The notes under the pieces were generated by a model. That model ran no database searches. It saw nothing but the letters and a program-made list of their open reading frames with translations, and was not told the DNA's origin. A stretch of DNA of 56,399 nt from Thermoproteota archaeon. Its GTDB lineage: Archaea > Korarchaeota > Korarchaeia > Korarchaeales > Korarchaeaceae. The translations under genes were made by a program, and so were the position numbers. Below, one piece after another: positions 1-9,850 of the stretch (within the stretch, counting starts at the first letter, position 1; the number at the start of each line of letters is the position of its first letter). Where the stretch lies: contig WALU01000038.1 in the NCBI GenBank assembly GCA_015522685.1, forward strand, positions 1 to 56,399, read 5' to 3'.

Positions 1-547
1 CTAAGAATGTGAGGAAGAGGCCTCTATTAACTCCAATAGAAGGTCTATATATTCTAGTGGATAATTTTCTTAGAATTTTTTTTCGCTCTACGGATCCTGA
101 AATAAGTATATTATAGAAAGTATCTAAAAAGGTAGATTTTATTGTTGGGGTTCTTATTATTATCGGCCTCCAACCAGTTTCCTTTAAGATCTCTAATATG
201 TTAGAGCCTCCTTTCCCAACAACATATCCCGTCCTCTTCGCAATAATATAGACTTCATTAGTCTCATGAATGAACTTCATATCAACTATTTCAGCTTTTT
301 GAGGTATTAGATTCCTCACGAACTCTTTCGTTGAATTTTCATCCTTTAAAGGCTTGGAGGCAAGCACGATGATCTTCTTTTTCAATGCTTTTGCTGCATT
401 TGTGATGGCATCAGGTATGTCCAAGATCTCCTTAGGATTTTCGGCATATATAACCACGAAAGGCCCTTCCAACTCTACCTTAGTAATTCTAGTATAGCTA
501 GATAGATACTCTCTGACCTTCCTCTTCAATTGCTCAGCTGGTTGCAA
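1..547 (-). CDS. Beta-CASP ribonuclease aCPSF1/FttA, N-terminal KH region (runs off window start)
   Basis: Manual translation from TTG at 547: MQPAEQLKRKVREYLSSYTRITKVELEGPFVVIYAENPKEI, later ETGWRPIIIRTP; lies directly downstream of proteasome beta, a conserved archaeal arrangement. Confidence 0.88.
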   Translation of the reverse strand, partial: MQPAEQLKRKVREYLSSYTRITKVELEGPFVVIYAENPKEILDIPDAITNAAKALKKKIIVLASKPLKDENSTKEFVRNLIPQKAEIVDMKFIHETNEVYIIAKRTGYVVGKGGSNILEILKETGWRPIIIRTPTIKSTFLDTFYNILISGSVERKKILRKLSTRIYRPSIGVNRGLFLTFL

Positions 548-568
548 CTAGAGCGACACCCCTTTACT

Positions 569-1264
569 TTACTTGGAAAGCTCTTTCCACAGTATAGATA
601 CATCCTCCTTCGATAAAAACGTCACTCCTTTCTCCTTATCCACAACAACAACATCTATGCCATCTCCAGTCGCGGAATCTCTGGATAATGCAGCTATCAT
701 GCCCGACAGCACGAGTCTGATAGCTTTCTCTTTGCTCATCTTAGGAGAGTACCCCTCCTCAATGACTGAAATTGCTACAGGAGATCCGGATCCTGTTGCT
801 AGATAATCCTCCTCAGTAATAGTTCCAAAGAAATCTACATTAAATAAATGTGATCCTTCTCCGTCGATACCTCCTACTATAAGATGTGCCATTAGGTAGT
901 AGGGACGGTAATTCCTGAGAAGAATAGATAGAAGCTTAGCCATTCCCCTTATCTTAAGGGACCTCTCTGCATCAAGGCGATAAAGCTCAGCTGTCGCTAT
1001 TATCTGATTTACTAAATACTGCCCATCAGCAACAAGTCCTGATATTGTGGCAACAGCATAATCTGTGAGTTTTAACATTTTAACAGCTCTCTTACTGGCT
1101 ACAAAGGTTCCACTGGTAGCTCTCTTGTCCGAAGCTATAACTACACCATTCTCAAATTTGACTCCCAGAGTTGTTGTTCCTTTGAGTAAGCCCTTTAGCT
1201 CCTTGGAAAGATCTATAGATCTCCCTTCCATTTCTATATTTCTATACATACGATCACCTTTCAA
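569..1264 (-). CDS. psmB: Proteasome subunit beta
   Basis: Propeptide then G/TTTLG..GVVIASDKRAT, ATGSGS and SRDSATG motifs. Confidence 0.96.
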   Translation of the reverse strand: MKGDRMYRNIEMEGRSIDLSKELKGLLKGTTTLGVKFENGVVIASDKRATSGTFVASKRAVKMLKLTDYAVATISGLVADGQYLVNQIIATAELYRLDAERSLKIRGMAKLLSILLRNYRPYYLMAHLIVGGIDGEGSHLFNVDFFGTITEEDYLATGSGSPVAISVIEEGYSPKMSKEKAIRLVLSGMIAALSRDSATGDGIDVVVVDKEKGVTFLSKEDVSILWKELSK

Positions 1265-1345
1265 GGATATAATTGAGGGAAATATTCCCCTTTTATGTGT
1301 CGTAATCGAATTAAAAGGATTCTGTTGGATTAATATAGGTGCGCC

Positions 1346-1795
1346 TTGATGTCTAATGATGAAACAATAAGTCTTGTTCCTTCGCGTTTAGCCTCTAAAG
1401 GTTTTAGATTTATCTTTGAAGGAATTTCGGAAGTTTGTAGAAGATGTAAGTTAAGAGCAGCATGCGTGGATGGGTTAGAGGAGAAGAGGGTATACGAAGT
1501 AATAGATGTTAACTGGAAGAAGAAATTCAGCTGTCCGCTTCATGGGGAAGTTGTGGTTGTAACCCTGAAGAAGGCCCATCTCATAGTGGCCCTTCCTCCT
1601 GGACTCATAGAAGGTGTTATTACACAATATAAGCCGATTGGATGCGAAAATATTCTATGTAAGAACTTTCCATACTGCAGTCCGGAGGGGATAAGGCAGG
1701 GAGATAAAATAAGAGTGATAAGGAAGATAGGCCCGATAGAGGAGGGATGTGACAGGGTATTGGATTATAGGTTGTACGAGGTAGAAATAAAGTAA
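1346..1795 (+). CDS. UPF0179 family protein
   Basis: CRRCKLRAAC..LEEKRVYEV..CPLH and C-terminal Cys cluster typical of the family. Confidence 0.8.
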   Translation: MMSNDETISLVPSRLASKGFRFIFEGISEVCRRCKLRAACVDGLEEKRVYEVIDVNWKKKFSCPLHGEVVVVTLKKAHLIVALPPGLIEGVITQYKPIGCENILCKNFPYCSPEGIRQGDKIRVIRKIGPIEEGCDRVLDYRLYEVEIK

Positions 1796-1810
1796 GATAA
1801 AGATTGATGC

Positions 1811-2557
1811 CTATTGAGATTCACTAGTGGGAGTTTCTTCCTGCTCTTGCTCCTCCTTCTTCTCCTCTTTCTCTTTCTTAGGTATCTCGAATTCCTCTAG
1901 GAATCTAACTTTCTTCACACTTTTAACATGCCTCATTATGAGGGAAAGGATTCTTATCTTCCTTGAATAGGCATCTCTTAACACGTAAGCCTTGGATGGT
2001 AGCTCAACGGTAACTACGCCTTCTTCGTTCTGCTTCACTTTTATATCCTCTGAAGGCACGTCAAATGAGTCCGCCACTATCGATCTAACTCTCCCTAACT
2101 CATCCTCTATTCTTCTCACTATTTCCCCTTCAATTAGAATTTTCTTACCAGCTAGTGGGTGATTGAAATCTACAGTCACTCTTCCTCCTGTAACTGCCTG
2201 TATCACACCTGTCTGTCTATCTATTTGAACTGTTTCTCCTACTCGTGGCTGTATACCTCCTCTCTCAAGCCTCTTGATGGAGTAGACTCTAACTTTTCCT
2301 CTCTCATAACTACCATATGCATCCTCTGGATCTAGCTCTAACTTGAACTTTTCTCCTTCATTTAGCTCTAATACCTTCTCCATTACCTTAGGAAAGAGAT
2401 CAGCTTCCCCTGGTATTACTAAGATTGGCAGGTATATGGACTTCTCGGAGTAAATACCGCTCTCCTTAGCTACCTCCTCCTTAGTTGTCTGATATACACT
2501 GCCGGTCTTTGCATCTCTAACTGTTATACTTACCAGAATGAATGGTTTGTCAGCCAA
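1811..2557 (-). CDS. slyD: Long-type archaeal FKBP peptidyl-prolyl isomerase (SlyD-like)
   Basis: LDPEDAYG and GGRVTVDFNHPLAGK motifs, acidic tail. Confidence 0.92.
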   Translation of the reverse strand: MADKPFILVSITVRDAKTGSVYQTTKEEVAKESGIYSEKSIYLPILVIPGEADLFPKVMEKVLELNEGEKFKLELDPEDAYGSYERGKVRVYSIKRLERGGIQPRVGETVQIDRQTGVIQAVTGGRVTVDFNHPLAGKKILIEGEIVRRIEDELGRVRSIVADSFDVPSEDIKVKQNEEGVVTVELPSKAYVLRDAYSRKIRILSLIMRHVKSVKKVRFLEEFEIPKKEKEEKKEEQEQEETPTSESQ

Positions 2558-2628
2558 TCTTGAACACCAAGTGTGGATGAAGAGATTAACATAATAAATT
2601 GATTGGTTAGTTGGCTGAATCGACTGAC

Positions 2629-5463
2629 TTAACCCTTGACGACACCCAAGGGTCTCAGCCTAGCTACAAGTCCAGCTATTCCAGCTTTATGGGTTACATT
2701 GGCGACCTCGTCCACATTTTTATAAGCTCCAGGTGCTTCCTCAGCAGCCACTGCATAGGAGGCTGGTTTTACTACTATGCCCTTCTCAGCTAACATCTGA
2801 ACTATCTGGGTTCCCCTGTAAATTCTCTTAGCCTTGGATCTGCTCATCACCCTACCAGCACCGTGTGCTGTTGTTCCGAAGGATTCCTTCATGGCTTGTG
2901 GAGTGCCCACCATCAGATAGGAGGCAGTTCCTTCAGAGCCGGGGATGAGAACTGGCTGGCCCACATCCATATAGTCTTGAGGTATTGCTGGGTGTCCTGC
3001 TGGAAAAGACCTAGTAGCCCCTTTCCTGTGGATGTATACCTTAACCCTCTTACCATCTATCTCATGCTCCTCCAGCTTAGCTATGTTATGAGTGACATCG
3101 TAAACTAACCACATACCCATGTCTTCGGCGCTCCTCCCGAATACCTTCTCAAATGACTCCCTAGCCCAGTGAGTTATCATCTGCCTGTTGGTCCAAGCGA
3201 AATTAGCGGCTCCTTTCATGGCTTTAATGTACTTCTGGGCTATATTTGAGCTTGTATAGGCGCAGATCAGTTGCTTGTCTGGAAGCTTGAAGTCCAAAGA
3301 CCTAATATTTGATAACATGATCCTCAGGTAGTCATCAGCCACTTGATGGCCGAACCCCCTGCTTCCCGTATGTATCATAGCAGTTACCTGACCCTCACGG
3401 TATATCCCCATGGCCTTAGCAACTTCCTTGTTGTATATTCTATCGACGACCTGCACCTCCAAGAAATGATTACCGCTTCCCAATGTACCAAGCTGAGGAG
3501 CTCCCCTCTCCTTGGCCCTTCTGCTTATTAGCGATGGATCAGCTCCCTCCATCATACCTCCTTCTTCAGCATGCTCCAAATCTTTCTCCCATCCATAACC
3601 ATTTTCGACAGCCCATCTAGCTCCCATAGATATGACATCATCCAACTGATGGGCGCTGAGCCTAAGCTTACCTTTACTCCCCAGCCCAGATGGAACATTG
3701 GAAAATAACGCATCTACGAGCTGCTTTATCTTAGATTTCACTTCTTGTTCTGTTAGATCTGTTCTTATGAGCCTAACTCCGCAGTTGTGCACGATCATTC
3801 CGTTGGCTATAAAGTTGTGGGCTTTATGGTCGACACCAACATCGTAGAACTCCCTGTAGGAGGGCCTGATCCTCTCAACCCTCTCAACCCTCTCGATGAC
3901 CATGCCTCCCCTCAGCCCATAGGCATTGACGAACTCTTCGAAGGTGGGGAATCCCTTGGGAGGCCTTGCATCCTCCGTTGGGTGGTAGAGGGACCTCTCG
4001 ACGAACCTCTTATTCACAATCCCCTTGACAGACTCGTAAGCTTCCTTCAGGCTCCCGCTCCTCCTGTGAACCTCCCTTGCCCTTTCAGCGGCTGCCCTCC
4101 TGATCTCCTTCACTCTCTCCTTCCTGACCAGGTATGCGTATGCCCACAGACCCCTCTCCTTCTTCCTAGGGTCGTACTCATACCCTATCCTCCCTAGGAA
4201 GGTCCTTATGTTATCATCGCCCTCCATAGCCAGCCTGTAGGCGACGCTACTCTCTATAGTCCTGACCCTGTAGGTGAGGCTTGAGATCCCGAACTCCGCC
4301 AGCAGCCCGGCTATATCCCTCAGGTAGCTCAGGAGATTCTCTTCAAGCTCTGCCCTCTTGTGCTGGGTCAGGTGTATCGGGAGAGGGGTGTACCTCTTGA
4401 AGATCGCCGTGCTTCCATCGACGCCGAAGAGACCCGCGAGGAAGTTCCTCTTTATCCAGAGAGGGCCTTTCCTTATCCACTCTGGAATGGAGAAGGGAAC
4501 CTCTGCCTTCTTTCCCCTGGGCATTCCGAGCCTCTCCATCAGGAGGGCGAAGGATCTGCTTGCCACCCTGAGCTCCGAGTTATCACTTCTCCTCATATAG
4601 AGGCTCGCTCTTATCCCAAGCCTCCTTAAATCCCTCTGAACCTCCTCCAGTGTATTTTTCAGGCCGTAGAAGGAGATGTGAAGCCTCCCTGACATCTCTC
4701 CCAAGTGACCATCTCCCATGGCGAAGCCAAGCAGCCTCGCTATCGTTCCGAGCTTCGGATCCTCCCAGCGCAGCGGTAGAAGACCTCTCTCCTTCAGGTA
4801 CCTCCTGACATGGGGATCATCAAAGGAGCTTTCGTCGAGCAGCACTCCGTTTCTCTCTTCATACTCCACGCCCTCGAACGGGTAGACGACAATGGAATCG
4901 CCTTCCTTAAGCTGGCCCATCTGCCTGTATCCCTTAGGAGTCATGACCGGATGATCGGCGCTGCCCTCGAGCAACCGGCCAGTCTCGGTGATCAGCCTGA
5001 CTGCGAGCTCATCTGCCTCCCTTTTAGCTATGAAGAGCAGGTCTGAGTAGTCGTTATGACCCTCCTCAGCATCATACACTCTGAGGCCATGAGGCCTCTT
5101 GGGGAGATCCTCCAGCCTGATCCTGAAGCCATGCTCCGTCAGGACCTCTGAGTCTGGAGAGAGGCAGTTGATATCAAAGCCCACACCTCCAGGGCTTATT
5201 ATCCCCTCATAAGCATCAAAGGCAGCAACTCCACCTATTGGGAATCCATATCCCTGATGAATGTCTGGCATCGCTATAGCGTACTTGTATATCCCGGGAA
5301 GCATCGCTACATTTGCTAGCTGATCTACAGCACCCCTCTCCACATATTTTATGAGCTTCTCATTGGCGAACACAAGTCCGGGAACCCTCATACCATGCTT
5401 ATATTCCTTAGGAAGCTCCCATCTTACCTCATCTAATTTTTTGAAGAGGGATTCGGCGCCCAA
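2629..5463 (-). CDS. rtcB: tRNA-splicing ligase RtcB precursor containing an intein
   Basis: MPDIHQGYGFPIGGV, GFDIN/C, GTLGSGNHFLEVQ, HTGSRG, HRKGATR and HGAGR motifs. Confidence 0.97.
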   Translation of the reverse strand: MGAESLFKKLDEVRWELPKEYKHGMRVPGLVFANEKLIKYVERGAVDQLANVAMLPGIYKYAIAMPDIHQGYGFPIGGVAAFDAYEGIISPGGVGFDINCLSPDSEVLTEHGFRIRLEDLPKRPHGLRVYDAEEGHNDYSDLLFIAKREADELAVRLITETGRLLEGSADHPVMTPKGYRQMGQLKEGDSIVVYPFEGVEYEERNGVLLDESSFDDPHVRRYLKERGLLPLRWEDPKLGTIARLLGFAMGDGHLGEMSGRLHISFYGLKNTLEEVQRDLRRLGIRASLYMRRSDNSELRVASRSFALLMERLGMPRGKKAEVPFSIPEWIRKGPLWIKRNFLAGLFGVDGSTAIFKRYTPLPIHLTQHKRAELEENLLSYLRDIAGLLAEFGISSLTYRVRTIESSVAYRLAMEGDDNIRTFLGRIGYEYDPRKKERGLWAYAYLVRKERVKEIRRAAAERAREVHRRSGSLKEAYESVKGIVNKRFVERSLYHPTEDARPPKGFPTFEEFVNAYGLRGGMVIERVERVERIRPSYREFYDVGVDHKAHNFIANGMIVHNCGVRLIRTDLTEQEVKSKIKQLVDALFSNVPSGLGSKGKLRLSAHQLDDVISMGARWAVENGYGWEKDLEHAEEGGMMEGADPSLISRRAKERGAPQLGTLGSGNHFLEVQVVDRIYNKEVAKAMGIYREGQVTAMIHTGSRGFGHQVADDYLRIMLSNIRSLDFKLPDKQLICAYTSSNIAQKYIKAMKGAANFAWTNRQMITHWARESFEKVFGRSAEDMGMWLVYDVTHNIAKLEEHEIDGKRVKVYIHRKGATRSFPAGHPAIPQDYMDVGQPVLIPGSEGTASYLMVGTPQAMKESFGTTAHGAGRVMSRSKAKRIYRGTQIVQMLAEKGIVVKPASYAVAAEEAPGAYKNVDEVANVTHKAGIAGLVARLRPLGVVKG
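3784..5166 (-). mobile_element. Intein with LAGLIDADG homing endonuclease (461 aa) in RtcB
   Basis: Starts CLSPDS after GFDIN and ends FIANGMIVHN before Cys; block B GSADHP; motifs LLGFAMGDG and FLAGLFGVDG; DNA is GC-richer than the exteins. Confidence 0.95.
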
Positions 5464-6089
5464 TTTATCACCGTGATATAGGGGGGCTAGGGGTATTTAA
5501 GGTTCCATGAATTTCCTAGTATTTATTGATTATTAAGTCAGCGAATTGCGCCAACAGTGCTCTTTCCCGCCTCTCATCGCTCATAGTCTCTTCTTATCAT
5601 CTGATTCACTTACCCTTATAAATCTAGGCCAATATAAGAATATATCTGAAGATATTAAGAAATTATCCTGATTTTTTGTTTAAATGTTTATTTATAATAG
5701 CGTGTTCTGGTATTTTTGCACGCACGTGCTGCCTCAATTTCATCCCAATAGAGGAATTTCTTCCACAAGTTCTAACATTAGATACGGAAGATGGAATTAT
5801 TCCAATAGTTCCAATAGATCATTCCATATGCAATAATCAACTTTTAAAGCTATACAAATAGATCAAGAAACACGCAGTTTTATACAGAAGGATAATGTAT
5901 GTTTAAAATTATGAAGACTAATCTAAGTAACCTCGCTCTCATCAGAGCGCTATCAAAATCGTTCCTACACTATGCACCGCGCCTCCTCAATTCCGATAGA
6001 AAACAAGGTTTTAGTAACTAGTTTCTCTGATGATCTCGATAATTATCCTATCTATCCTAACATAGACTAAAAGTATCCACTTAGAGGAA

Positions 6090-7370
6090 TCATCTATTCT
6101 TAACCAGTATAACTATACACTCAGAGTTTATGGTGCTTACGGAGTCACCTTTTACATTGGGAGGACTGCTTCTCTTAGGGAGCCTTTTTGAGGGAATCTG
6201 TCTAACTATAGTTTTAATGTGAGAGAAGTCTCTTTCTTCAAAGAGTTCAGCGATTATGATATCCATAGGTACCTTTATCTTCTTCACTGTTCTATTACCC
6301 ACCACCATGCATATACGAGCGTTCTCTTTCGTAACTCTATCAATCTCATCTACAGTCTTATTAAAGTCGAAGAAGAAGGAATAGACATCTAAGGCTCTCT
6401 TCTCATCTCTTTCAGATATTTTATCGAGCACCTCATAGAGGGTTTCGGATGAAACATCACTTCTAATCCTTTTGCGCCTAATTCCTCCTAGCGAAATCTT
6501 ATCGATCTTTCTGATAAGCTTATAATCATAGCCTAACCATTGGAGTGTGAGCCTAGAAAACTGACCATAGGCAACTGTAGTCCTAGAATCGCCATAAGGA
6601 GGAGATGTAGCGATGAAGTCTATAGAGTTTTCTGAGATGGAGGTTCTACTTCTTATATCCTCCATCAGTACTCTAGTCCAGAGTCCCCCTCTCTTCAATT
6701 TCTCTGCATCTATTGATGAGTAAAACTCATGCATCATTCCGATGTTTCTCTCAGAGATTTCTAGGAACGTAGAGAAAGCATCTGGGTTCCAAGTTTTCAG
6801 CTTCTTTTCCGGAATCCTGAATAATTTATACTCTCCGCTCCTCGTATTGCTAACCTTCCTAACCGTCTCGGAAAAAGCTACATAGAAGAATTCCCTAATA
6901 TCTTCATCCTTTATTTGATCTAATATTTGTTTTATATACGCTAATTCCTTTATAACTTTAGGTTTAAACCAGTACTCTATATTAAAGAAGTTTGGAGCCT
7001 CTATGTCACGTAATTCCTCTGGATAAAGTCTCGCCTCCCATATTTTCTCACTTATTCGACCAAATTCCCTCCTAAGCTCCTTAGGATTAATAGGGGTCGT
7101 TTTCACCTTGCTCAAGAGGATAGCGAGGGGATTTATGTCCACACCGTATGAGTTAATGTTGTGAAGGAGAGATTCCACTAATACAGTTCCTGATCCGCAG
7201 AAGGGATCTAAATTCGCTTTAGAGTTTTTTCCATATTCCTCTATCAGCCTCCTAGCTATCTGAGGTAGCATCATAGCTGGATATATGTGGATCCCATGTA
7301 TTGAGATCTTTGATGTTTCCCCTACGAAGTCCCACGATGAATCCCTAACTCTCTTCTTCAAATGGATCAT
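6090..7370 (-). CDS. Type II amino-DNA methyltransferase, probably N4-cytosine (M.MvaI/M.PspGI-like)
   Basis: YPAMM, SAM-binding DPFCGSGT and catalytic TSPPY followed by GDSRTTVAYGQFSRL. Confidence 0.88.
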   Translation of the reverse strand: MIHLKKRVRDSSWDFVGETSKISIHGIHIYPAMMLPQIARRLIEEYGKNSKANLDPFCGSGTVLVESLLHNINSYGVDINPLAILLSKVKTTPINPKELRREFGRISEKIWEARLYPEELRDIEAPNFFNIEYWFKPKVIKELAYIKQILDQIKDEDIREFFYVAFSETVRKVSNTRSGEYKLFRIPEKKLKTWNPDAFSTFLEISERNIGMMHEFYSSIDAEKLKRGGLWTRVLMEDIRSRTSISENSIDFIATSPPYGDSRTTVAYGQFSRLTLQWLGYDYKLIRKIDKISLGGIRRKRIRSDVSSETLYEVLDKISERDEKRALDVYSFFFDFNKTVDEIDRVTKENARICMVVGNRTVKKIKVPMDIIIAELFEERDFSHIKTIVRQIPSKRLPKRSSPPNVKGDSVSTINSECIVILVKNR

Positions 7371-7540
7371 TTTGGGTACCTGTCTGTCTTATTTTCTTCT
7401 CCAGCTCTTCTATCACAGCCATTATTCTTCTAGCTTCTACAAAATCTTTCTCTCTTCTCCTCAGCTATTAGATGCATACAATTGCATTCCTATGGGATAA
7501 GCTTACATCTTATCAATTGAGGAAGCTCGCAGCGACTACA

Positions 7541-8053
7541 TTACAATGCATCATGATGTAACATGCGATCCCTATCAATTTGCCTCTTCAGCTCCTTTAA
7601 CCTGGGAATTGCATTAGGAAATCTCATCTCTAAGTATTCCCAATCCAGCTCGTGAATTCTCAGCAGCTCCATTATATCCTCCTCATCCCTCGCTCTCCCA
7701 GTCATTTTGGTTAATATGAGATCTTCCAGCCTGGGGACTTGAATCCTAACTTTCCCTACTCCGATCCTGCGAACTCCCTCCTTCAAAACTTCAATGGGAA
7801 TTCCGTTCACGTCTCTGGTGTAGACATCGACCTTAAAGCCTGATGGGGTGTAAAAGAACCCTTTGAATTTTCTAAAGCCCAGTTTTAGGAGATCATTGGG
7901 CTCTAAAGATATTAGCGCTATATCTATATCTTGAGTTGCTCTGTATCTCCAGCCTAGGTATGCTAGGATGGCCACAGCCCCGACGAATATTATACTATCA
8001 TTCAAGAGCTTGGCTATTTCCTCAACCTCGGACTTCAGCAACCTCACTCCCAT
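7541..8053 (-). CDS. AbiEii/DUF6036-like nucleotidyltransferase (putative type IV toxin)
   Basis: IFVGAVA..RATQDIDI and C-terminal EDLILTK..GRARDEEDI. Confidence 0.75.
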   Translation of the reverse strand: MGVRLLKSEVEEIAKLLNDSIIFVGAVAILAYLGWRYRATQDIDIALISLEPNDLLKLGFRKFKGFFYTPSGFKVDVYTRDVNGIPIEVLKEGVRRIGVGKVRIQVPRLEDLILTKMTGRARDEEDIMELLRIHELDWEYLEMRFPNAIPRLKELKRQIDRDRMLHHDAL

Positions 8054-8828
8054 ATTTCATCCCCTCTAGATCCTCTAGGACCTTCCTAACGATTTCAACC
8101 GGATACCTAGCATTCACTACAACCATTTCAGGCTTGAGCATCTCGATAGCTAAGGCATCCAAGGTGGATCTTCCACCCCTCGCTAGGGAGTCCAAATGCA
8201 CCCTGAACTCATTTATATCTCCGAATGGAGGAAGCAGTGCTACATCAGCCTCTGAAACAGGAGATGGGCTGAAGCCTAGAGATCTCAGATAGATTTCCTT
8301 CCTTCTGAAATCATCTGGATAGATGAATGTTCCTCTACCTAAGGGATAGATGTAAAGGGTCTTTGGTACCTGGTAACTGGTAAGCCTGTAAGCTGCATAG
8401 TCAAGGGTTATGAAGCCTTCTAATTCCTTCTCGGCAACTTCTGCATCTCCTTTGAACCCAATTCCATACTTAAGGGAAAGAAGAGATGGAAAGAGCTTCT
8501 CTAAAACTCTTGCAGGCTGTTCAATACATTCTTTGAAGACCACATAGCCATCGTACCTCTCTGCTAGACCTATTCTCTCCAATAGCTCTAAATCAACGCC
8601 CTTAGCTAAGGCATCAGATGCTTTAACTCTCCTCTGAAGGATTTGAGCTCTAGCTACGTTGAGCCAGAGTTCATCACTCACCATGAGACGGAGGATCTCT
8701 GCGTCAGGTAAGAAATACCTTCCTCCAGCTGTTCTCCTAGCAGCGAGCCTCCCAGATAAGATCCATCGTCTTAAAGTTGGATAACTGATTCCTAATAGCT
8801 TGGCTCCGGTCCCGGGTCTAATTAACAT
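8022..8828 (-). CDS. Excisionase/MerR-like HTH protein with putative AbiEi-like C-terminal domain (putative antitoxin)
   Basis: N-terminal AKLLGISYPTLRRWILSGRL..RTAGGRY; ITLDYAAYRLTSYQVPKTLYIY; overlaps the NTase gene. Confidence 0.6.
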   Translation of the reverse strand: MLIRPGTGAKLLGISYPTLRRWILSGRLAARRTAGGRYFLPDAEILRLMVSDELWLNVARAQILQRRVKASDALAKGVDLELLERIGLAERYDGYVVFKECIEQPARVLEKLFPSLLSLKYGIGFKGDAEVAEKELEGFITLDYAAYRLTSYQVPKTLYIYPLGRGTFIYPDDFRRKEIYLRSLGFSPSPVSEADVALLPPFGDINEFRVHLDSLARGGRSTLDALAIEMLKPEMVVVNARYPVEIVRKVLEDLEGMKYGSEVAEVRG

Positions 8829-9082
8829 GTCATATCGATCAAAAATGAATTATTTGATATATAACGCTTGCTAATTACTTGCAATAGTTGGACGGTAAAA
8901 TGATCCTAAATATTGAATGAATATTTCTAGGCCTAAGAATAATCACATCTTCATTTTCTTTCGACTCCATCTTCTCTCTAATTCCTCCTCTGACGTAAGT
9001 ATTAGGAGCCAGCTCACGAGATTTTATGCCAAAGCAATCTATATATTTAGGTACTCTGACTCGTAAGATTGAATGAAGCCTA

Positions 9083-9850
9083 GTGGTGGTGTTTCTGAGA
9101 CCGAAGAAGAGCCTAGGGCAAAGAATAATGGTATCTCGAAAGTGGCTGAGTATAATCGCTGGCTCCCTTGAAATAGAGCGATCGGATGTTGTCATTGAGC
9201 TGGGTGCTGGCACAGGTAATTTAAGTGAAGAACTCTTGAAGAGGGGTCCTAAGAAGCTTGTTCTAGTAGAAAAGGATCCCTACATGCTATCAAGCCTCAA
9301 GTCCAAGTTCCTGGGGGATGAGAGGGTCGAGATCGTTGACAGGGATATAAGGGAAATTTTCCCCCTGACGGATTACGATAAAATAGCAGCAAACCCACCC
9401 TACTACCTCTCATCTTTCATTATAATTGGTCTCACTAGGAGCAGATTTAAGAGGGCGGTTCTTACATTTCAGAAGGAGTTTGCTGAGAGGTTGATTGCCC
9501 AGCCTGGAACCTCAAAATACGGTAGCCTATCCGTCATAGCATCCCTATCCTTCTCGATAAAGAAAATAGGTGTGGTGGAGAGGAGATCCTTCTTTCCTCC
9601 TCCCAAAGTAGAATCTGTTGTGCTTGTGCTCGAGCCTAAAGACATTCCAGAGGAGGAGAAGGACCTGATCTTGAAATATGGTAAGATTATATTCTCTCGC
9701 AGGAAGAGAACCCTTAGGAACGTATTAAAACCGATTTTAGGGGAGAAATCTAAGGAGATCCCTTATTCGAACCGTAGGCCATATCATCTAACACCAAAAG
9801 AAGTTTTGGAGGTGGCTACATGGCTGAAAAGAGGGCTAGAATCGAATTGA
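9083..9850 (+). CDS. rsmA: 16S rRNA adenine dimethyltransferase KsgA/Dim1
   Basis: PKKSLGQ, IELGAGTG, ANPPY, FQKEFAERL, FFPPPKVES. Confidence 0.95.
   Translation: MVVFLRPKKSLGQRIMVSRKWLSIIAGSLEIERSDVVIELGAGTGNLSEELLKRGPKKLVLVEKDPYMLSSLKSKFLGDERVEIVDRDIREIFPLTDYDKIAANPPYYLSSFIIIGLTRSRFKRAVLTFQKEFAERLIAQPGTSKYGSLSVIASLSFSIKKIGVVERRSFFPPPKVESVVLVLEPKDIPEEEKDLILKYGKIIFSRRKRTLRNVLKPILGEKSKEIPYSNRRPYHLTPKEVLEVATWLKRGLESN

Noticed and set aside
3787-5046. Several plus-strand ORFs opposite rtcB
   Set aside because: Antisense shadows of the GC-rich intein, which has few stop codons.
8022-8828. IS607 TnpA serine recombinase suggested by the N-terminal HTH
   Set aside because: No YARVS catalytic motif and no adjacent tnpB.
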